This document shows positions 60,217 through 64,000 of a DNA stretch of 64,000 bases, in pieces. The stretch comes from Oculina patagonica (lineage: Eukaryota), in the NCBI RefSeq assembly GCF_052425735.1, contig NC_135760.1:29884001-29948000 (forward strand), given 5' to 3'. The notes below the pieces were generated by a model that had not been told where the DNA came from, did not search any database, and saw only the letters and a list, made by a program, of their open reading frames with translations. Within the stretch, counting starts at the first letter, position 1. Each line of letters opens with the position of its first letter. A program made the translations under genes and the position numbers.

Positions 60217-60711
60217 GAATGACGAATCGATTGACAGGATTACACCTGCTTAATATATGGTTTTACATTTTTTAAAACCTTTAAAACTTCTTCTTGCGAC
60301 TGAATTCTTTTGTAAAATGAACCAGTATTTCTTAATATAGTTCACATTTCTCTGTTTCAGGAATGTTCTTTCAACAAGCTTCTCAACAATACGGCGCTTA
60401 AAGTCTCCTACCAGGGAAATATTCGAGTCTATACTAATGGTGCTTGCGACAGATGGTATTTTAAGTTTAACGGCAATGAATGCAGTGGTCCTATGACGAT
60501 CGATTCAGTCCTTTACAATGGCTGGCCTGTTGGGGTTGCTAATATCCTCCACCCTCATTTCTTTGAAGGTTATTGTGAGAACCTCGCACAGGGCACGGTT
60601 ACAGTTGAATTCTGGGTAGGCAAGTGCTCTGGTCAACCACTGGGTAACGCTTACACAGGATATAAATCAGTGTCCCGGATAATGATTGAAGAAGTACCGC
60701 CATCCCAGTAG
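59462..60711 (+). CDS. Secreted CTHRC1 C-terminal-domain protein without a collagen helix, copy 2, 161 aa; exons 59462-59596 and 60361-60711
   Basis: Signal-peptide-like MFVVFFSSVFAVFLLCPRTPVSG, then QLANWKQCAWEEGTDTDFGKIK|ECSFNKLLNNTALKVSYQG..CDRWYFKFNGNECSGP..SVSRIMIEEVPPSQ*. Phase-0 GT-AG intron. Confidence 0.88.
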
Positions 60712-61980
60712 TGCTGTTCATAATCAGAACTGAGATAACAATGAGTTCAAGTGGTAAACATACTCAAACTTAGTGAGAACATTACATTAATTGTCACTAA
60801 AATACCTTTGCCTACAGACTATAATACCAGTTTAAAGCTGCGGAGTACATTAAAACTTACTTTCCTTTACTTCGTAGTACCAGTCCTCAGCGTAGTTAAG
60901 TAAAAGGTAAACTCACATTCGTGCCGTAATATCCCACTCTGCCGGAGCTTTTCCCACTTTCCGTTTCATGAACCAACCAGGAGTGTTGCTATTCCTCCTG
61001 CATGGGATTTTAGTCGTCCTGTACCCTTTTACTCTAGCAGTTTAAAGAAAAACTGATTCAGCACAATGAAACATATACTCTTGGGAGAGAGGCACTGTGT
61101 GAGTAAAGTGTCTTGTTCAAGAACACAACACAGTGACCCCGGCCAAGGCTCAAACCCAGATCGCTCGATCTGGAGTCCAGCGTACTAACCATTAGGCCAC
61201 CGCGTGTCGTATGCGGCTCAGCGCGTCTTTAAGGACGGCGCTCATGTACTACGTACAGTACAATATATTGCACAGAAGGTGAACGAGTCTTTTGTAAATT
61301 TATTTTGTTTACTTATATGAGTGGTTTCAACTCACAACAAACGTAAACAACGCTAGCCTATTAACAAATGAGAACTTCACGGCCAAGTCGCGATTGGCCG
61401 CAGTTTTGCATGGTGCGAGTTTAAAATCAATCAGTGAGCGTAGTAACCTAAATCCGGATAATTTTTTTGGAAATTGAGAACTGCTCTATCTCGATTTGTC
61501 TTACCAAGCTAAATTGAGTTCAATTTTCGTAAATGGGCAAAAATGGAAGCTTTGTAACTGTCTTGATAAGTGAGCGTTTTCGATATCCGCCTTCTACGTT
61601 TGGATTGACTGTCCTTAATTTCATTCAGTAAGATTGATTTATCAAAAACTAATTGTTGTTGGGTCTCGTCCTTGCTTCGAATGGCTTCTCCGGGTTTCCA
61701 TCCGCCTCAAAAACCATCACTTTAAATTCCCATTCTATCAACCCCTCCCCCCCCCCCGCCCCCTCCCCTCCCCACTTGGAAAGCCTCTTATACTGATGTA
61801 TGTACGGATATACTCAAAACTGCAACCAATTCCTCAATTATTGAAATAGCTCCTTACGTGTTTATGCAGAAGCAGTTTTATGATTCAATTTTAGTAGGCT
61901 ACCAATAGCTGACCACGAAGTCCGTAGATTCTGGGTACAAGTTCACCGCGGTCGGAAATGTGCAAGACATTATAAACCAG

Positions 61981-62768
61981 GCATAACTAATCGATGACAT
62001 CAATGACATCAATGAAATCAATGAGTAATCAATAGGTAATCAATAGGTAATCAGTTGATTAGTCATTGATTATTCCCGATGATCAATGACTAATCGATGA
62101 CTAATCGATAGGCCACAAAATTTTTGGTTATCGATTAGTCATCGATTGCATTGATTAGTCATTGATTGCATTGATTAGTCATTGATTTCATTCATTACTC
62201 ATCGATATCATCTCATTCCGGTGCGTATTGTAACTGCTTATGACGGCTGTTTCCCTAAGCCGAAGCTGTTTTACTTTGCTGACAAACATCCACCGAACAA
62301 AATCTATAACCACGTAGTCGATTCTTGTCAGCATACTTGTTAGTTTCATTTTCAGACTGGTTGGTTCCTGTTCAGTTGTGTTGTTATTAAATAAAGAGTT
62401 GGGTAAAGTAAAATGTTGCACAATTAAGAATCATCTGTATGGGATTTTGCACTTCACGTCTCGACATGCCGGAAGGTTATTTGACCTTTTGTGAAGGCGT
62501 AATTTCGTCAACAGGAACGCCAGTTATAAAGAAAACTACACAGATAAAAAAATCACAAACGAAAAAAAAGGTGCAAGAAATGTGTCTTTTGTGCTCAGTA
62601 TAATAGTCGATGAGTAATCGATGGGTCATCGATTAGTAATCATTAACACCAATAGGGAATCAATTACATCAATGAGTAATCGATAGGCCACAAAATTTTT
62701 GGGTTTCGATTACTCATCGATTACTCATTGATCATCGCTAATAATCAATGACTAATCAACTGATTACA
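61981..62768. repeat. Repeat element with ATCGATGA/ATCAATGA-rich ends (probable non-autonomous transposon)
   Basis: Both ends (~61985-62205, ~62605-62765) carry direct and inverted tcgatga(c/g)taatc units and share aatcgataggccacaaaattttt. Confidence 0.6.
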
Positions 62769-63224
62769 TGATTTGGGTTTTAATTATTTTAGTATGATCT
62801 GTTACTTAAATTATTTAGTTATGTAGAAGCAAGAAGACGTCAAGATGATAAAAATGTACCCACAGCATACATCTGTCAACCTTAATGTCAAACCAAAATA
62901 GAATAACTGATTTCCTGGTATGCAAAACAGATCTGTAGGTCATTATTAACAGGAGTTATTCATCTTCTTGAAAAGGTTTGGATGCAGACTTTTTACTGCT
63001 ACGAGGTGTAATTATAGACTGTTTCATTGTTTCAGGAATACTCGACGCTAGCTGGCCAGATTAAAATCTTGCCTTGACAAGAAATTTCCTTTTTCCAATC
63101 CCCACCCTTAACTCAGTGCGAAGGAAACTCAGTAGGTTCTAATTGATGACTATACTTGTCATCACGTCTTTTATATCGAATTCAGTTGATTGTGGAAACA
63201 GAAGATGCGAGATAATTGAAATTG

Positions 63225-64000
63225 AAACGAAACGTATGTCAGCTTGGTGGCTCAAATGCCACGCTGACTCCTGATTCTGTGCTGAATTCCAGTTGTCAAA
63301 TTTACTCGGCCAGAGTGACTAATCGCCATGTTTTGAACAGGAAACTGAAGCATTAGAATAGAGTTGAGTTTATTTTAATTATTTTCAAATTTACTTTTAT
63401 ACATGACCCTACAAGCTTGAAGTTTACTGTTGTGTCTAATTAAAGGTTATCCTATCCTACGTGTGTCAGCTGAGCGGTCATTGAAAACTATGCTGATTCT
63501 GTGCTGAAAGCACTGCATCTGATCTCTCAAGTTTACTCCAAAGTAACCAATCGTTTCGTCTTTAATTTTAAAGTGGCTGCCGTAACAGAGGATTCGGGTT
63601 GAAACGTGTGCCAGCCTGGCGCGCCGCTTTCATAGGACGCTGATTCTGTGCTGAATGCACTACATCTGATCTGTCAAGTTTACTCCAAAGCAACCAATCA
63701 TCAAGTGTTTAACAACAAACTGAAACACAAGACTTGAGTTAAATTTATTTCTTTTCAAATCCACTTTTATACACGACCCTAAAAGATTGAAGATTACTGT
63801 GGGGTCTAAATAAACGTTATTCTATCCTATGCCAGACGTGTGTGACTGTGCTGAAAGCTCTGTATCATGATCTGCTGCGCTTAGCCCAAAGTAAAAAAAT
63901 CGTTTCGTCTTTAATGAAATGACTGTGAAAACAAAGGATCGGGTTGAAACGTGTCCCAACTTGGCGCGCCGCTTTCATACCACGCTGATTCTGTGCTGAA
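63225..64000. repeat. Diverged tandem array with a two-subunit ~350-370-bp period, running off the window end
   Basis: CTGATTCTGTGCTGAA recurs at 63271, 63493, 63640, ~63843 (variant) and 63985; alternate spacers align with each other. Confidence 0.8.

Noticed and set aside
63225-64000. CRISPR-like repeat-spacer pattern
   Set aside because: Eukaryotic context, spacers of 130-205 bp that are homologous to each other, and no cas genes.

Overview
AT-rich, intron-containing animal DNA. The repeat families, the intronless TRIM-NHL and GPCR genes and the gene content suggest a cnidarian, probably a stony coral (inference). Order along the window: a frameshifted TRIM-NHL pseudogene (+, 5' part outside the window) and its intact intronless tandem paralog (+, 5177-7444); an intronless class A GPCR (+); Orai (+, 2 exons); MORN3 (-, 5 exons); GPATCH3 (+, 3 exons); an unannotated gene encoding two tandem stathmin-like modules (-, 4 exons); MTFP1 (+, 3 exons); TMEM120 (-, 12 exons); a 500-N assembly gap; then two tandem CTHRC1-domain genes (+), the complete one lacking any collagen helix. 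All exon structures were reconstructed by hand from GT/AG sites and checked for reading-frame continuity. Introns and intergenic DNA are dense with non-autonomous DNA transposons (TTAA-, TA-, TTA-, 7-, 8- and 9-bp TSD types, two of them ~1-1.7 kb foldback palindromes), tRNA-derived SINEs and tandem repeats. Main leads: (1) Orai-MORN3-TMEM120 linkage that mirrors human 12q24.31; (2) the double-stathmin gene; (3) collagen-free, loop-variable CTHRC1-domain secreted proteins; (4) blade-position-specific divergence of the TRIM NHL propellers; (5) a minimal Orai with natural substitutions at gating and inactivation residues.
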